Shown here: piece after piece, positions 51,806 to 53,317 of the stretch
How the letters are laid out: every line of letters begins with the position of its first letter
How positions within the stretch are numbered: position 1 is the stretch's first letter
Source: an uncultured Caulobacteraceae bacterium
Lineage (GTDB): Bacteria; Pseudomonadota; Alphaproteobacteria; Caulobacterales; Aquidulcibacteraceae
Direction of reading: 5' to 3'
Assembly (NCBI GenBank): GCA_964395875.1
Contig: CAYNCS010000002.1
Location: forward strand, 1-53,317
DNA length: 53,317 nt
Program-made: the position numbers and the translations under genes
The notes under the pieces: model-generated
Told to the model about the DNA's origin: nothing
The model's input: the letters and a program-made list of their open reading frames with translations, nothing else
Databases searched by the model: none

Positions 51806-52440
51806 GCGCCCCGCTCGTTATCGCTATCGACGGGCCGACGGCCTCGGGCAAAGGCACGATCGCCCGCCGTCTGGCCGCGATCTTCGGTCTGCCCTATCTG
51901 GACACCGGCTCGCTTTACCGGGCTGTGGCCTTGGCTAGGCTGGAGGCTGGCGGGGCGCTGGAGGACGAACAGGCCGCTGAATTGGCTGCGGCGACGCTCG
52001 ATCCCGAGGCCATCGATCCCAATAAAATTCGCTCGGCCGAGGCCGGCGCGGCGGCTTCGGTCGTCGCGGCCATGCCAAAGGTCCGGACGGCGCTGTTGAA
52101 GCTGCAGCGGGATTTCGCCGCGGCCCCCGGCGGCGCGGTGCTCGACGGCCGGGACATCGCCACCGTGATCTGCCCGGAAGCGCCGGTTAAGATCTATGTG
52201 ACGGCCAGCGAGGACGAGCGCACCCGCCGCCGTCTGAACGAGCTGAACGCCGCGGGCGGCGCGTTTTCCTTCGATCAAGTCCTGGCGCAGGTCCGGGCCC
52301 GGGACGACAGGGACCAGAACCGGGCCGTCGCCCCCGCCATGCGGGCCCCTGACGCGCACTTGCTCGACACCACCCTTCTCGATATAGAAGCCGCCGTCGA
52401 ACAGGCGCGCGCGATCGTTGAAAAGGCGATGGCGCGCTAG
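51802..52440 (+). CDS. cmk: Cytidylate kinase
   Basis: P-loop IAIDGPTASGKGT. 212 aa. TTGA start/stop overlap with aroA (TTG start at 51802). aroA-cmk-rpsA synteny. Confidence 0.9.
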   Translation: MSAPLVIAIDGPTASGKGTIARRLAAIFGLPYLDTGSLYRAVALARLEAGGALEDEQAAELAAATLDPEAIDPNKIRSAEAGAAASVVAAMPKVRTALLKLQRDFAAAPGGAVLDGRDIATVICPEAPVKIYVTASEDERTRRRLNELNAAGGAFSFDQVLAQVRARDDRDQNRAVAPAMRAPDAHLLDTTLLDIEAAVEQARAIVEKAMAR

Positions 52441-52570
52441 GGCTTTTAGGCCCCTTCTTCGGCAATCGATCTTGTCGGGCGTCTGCCCGGCCCATGGTGG
52501 GCCGGAACGGACGCCAAGACCGCCGGACACAACCGGCTGGCCCTAACGACACAATTTGGAGACGTTATTA

Positions 52571-53317
52571 ATGGCTGATGCAGCCCCGCGCCGCGAGGAT
52601 TTCGCGGAACTTCTGGAAGCCAGCTTCCACTCCCGCAATATTCAAGAAGGCAAGGTTCTCACCGCCCGCGTGGCCGGGATCGAGAACGACTTCGTCATCG
52701 TCGATGTCGGCCTGAAGACGGAAGGGCGCATTCCGCTGCGCGAATTCTCCGCCGACAATCGCCAGCTGAAAGTGGGCGACGACGTTGAGGTTTATCTGGA
52801 CCGCATTGAAAACGCTTTGGGCGACGCGGTCATCTCTCGTGAAAAGGCGCGCCGCGAAGAAGCCTGGACGCGCCTTGAAAAGTCTTTCGCCGCGAACGAG
52901 CCGGTCAACGGCACGATCGTCGGGCGCGTGAAGGGCGGCTTCACCGTCGACCTCGGCGGCGCCTCGGCCTTCCTGCCGGGCTCGCAGATCGACATCCGTC
53001 CGGTGCGCGACGTCGCCCCGCTGATGCACGTCGAACAGCCCTTCTCGATCCTGAAAATGGACCGTCCGCGCGGCAATATCGTGGTGTCCCGCCGCGCCGT
53101 GCTGGAAGAATCCCGCGCCGAACAGCGCGCCGAAATCGTCGGCCAGCTGCAGGAAGGCGAAATCCGCGAAGGCGTGGTCAAGAACATCACCGATTACGGT
53201 GCGTTCGTGGACCTCGGCGGCATCGACGGCCTGCTGCACGTCACCGACATGAGCTACAAGCGCGTGAACCACCCTTCGGAAGTGATCGCCATCGGCGACA
53301 CGGTGAAGGTGCAGATC
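52571..53317 (+). CDS. rpsA: 30S ribosomal protein S1, 5' part (runs off the window)
   Basis: The ATG at 52571 reads MADAAPRREDFAELLEASFHSRNIQEGKVLTARVAGIENDFVIVDVGLKTEGRIPLREF, with successive S1 motifs. The frame stays open to the window end, so it is absent from the ORF track. ORF 52568..53272 (-) is its shadow. Confidence 0.9.
   Translation, partial: MADAAPRREDFAELLEASFHSRNIQEGKVLTARVAGIENDFVIVDVGLKTEGRIPLREFSADNRQLKVGDDVEVYLDRIENALGDAVISREKARREEAWTRLEKSFAANEPVNGTIVGRVKGGFTVDLGGASAFLPGSQIDIRPVRDVAPLMHVEQPFSILKMDRPRGNIVVSRRAVLEESRAEQRAEIVGQLQEGEIREGVVKNITDYGAFVDLGGIDGLLHVTDMSYKRVNHPSEVIAIGDTVKVQI

Overview
GC-rich, alphaproteobacterial-type chromosomal window with no IS, integrase, phage gene or CRISPR array visible. 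It has four blocks. (1) 1-5.5 kb holds the 3' end of a chemotaxis operon (cheA'-cheW-cheR-cheB-cheY-cheD) plus three tightly coupled accessory genes. The cheA fragment carries two in-frame TAA codons at the window edge. (2) About 6.2-38.3 kb is a large Wzx/Wzy-type exopolysaccharide locus. It contains galE, a PPP-family phosphatase, a Wza-like lipoprotein and two ExoP/Wzc-like co-polymerase paralogues flanking a Wzy-like polymerase. It also contains an ACP / AMP-ligase / Asn-synthase-like / NadE-like cassette, a Tat-exported glycoside hydrolase, a Wzx flippase, glycosyltransferases (two GT4, one GT2) and two paralogous priming sugar transferases. A GtrA + HAD-UbiA (phosphoribosyltransferase-like) + 2x GT-C module and two esterases complete it. 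(3) 38.5-49.2 kb is the most unusual part. A membrane PQQ dehydrogenase is translationally chained to an operon that converges on, and overlaps stop-to-stop with, a second operon. Together they encode a TPP-dependent E1 alpha/beta pair and a free-standing lipoyl-carrier protein. They also encode two lysine-less lipoyl-like paralogues, three paralogous SGNH-like proteins, a transglutaminase-like protein and a GT2. No E2 catalytic core or E3 is present. I regard this as the best candidate for an undescribed system. (4) 49.7-53.3 kb is core genome: tRNA-Ala(GGC), a zinc-ribbon/acidic-tail protein, aroA, cmk and the 5' part of rpsA. All family assignments come from motifs read by eye in the supplied translations; no database search was possible.
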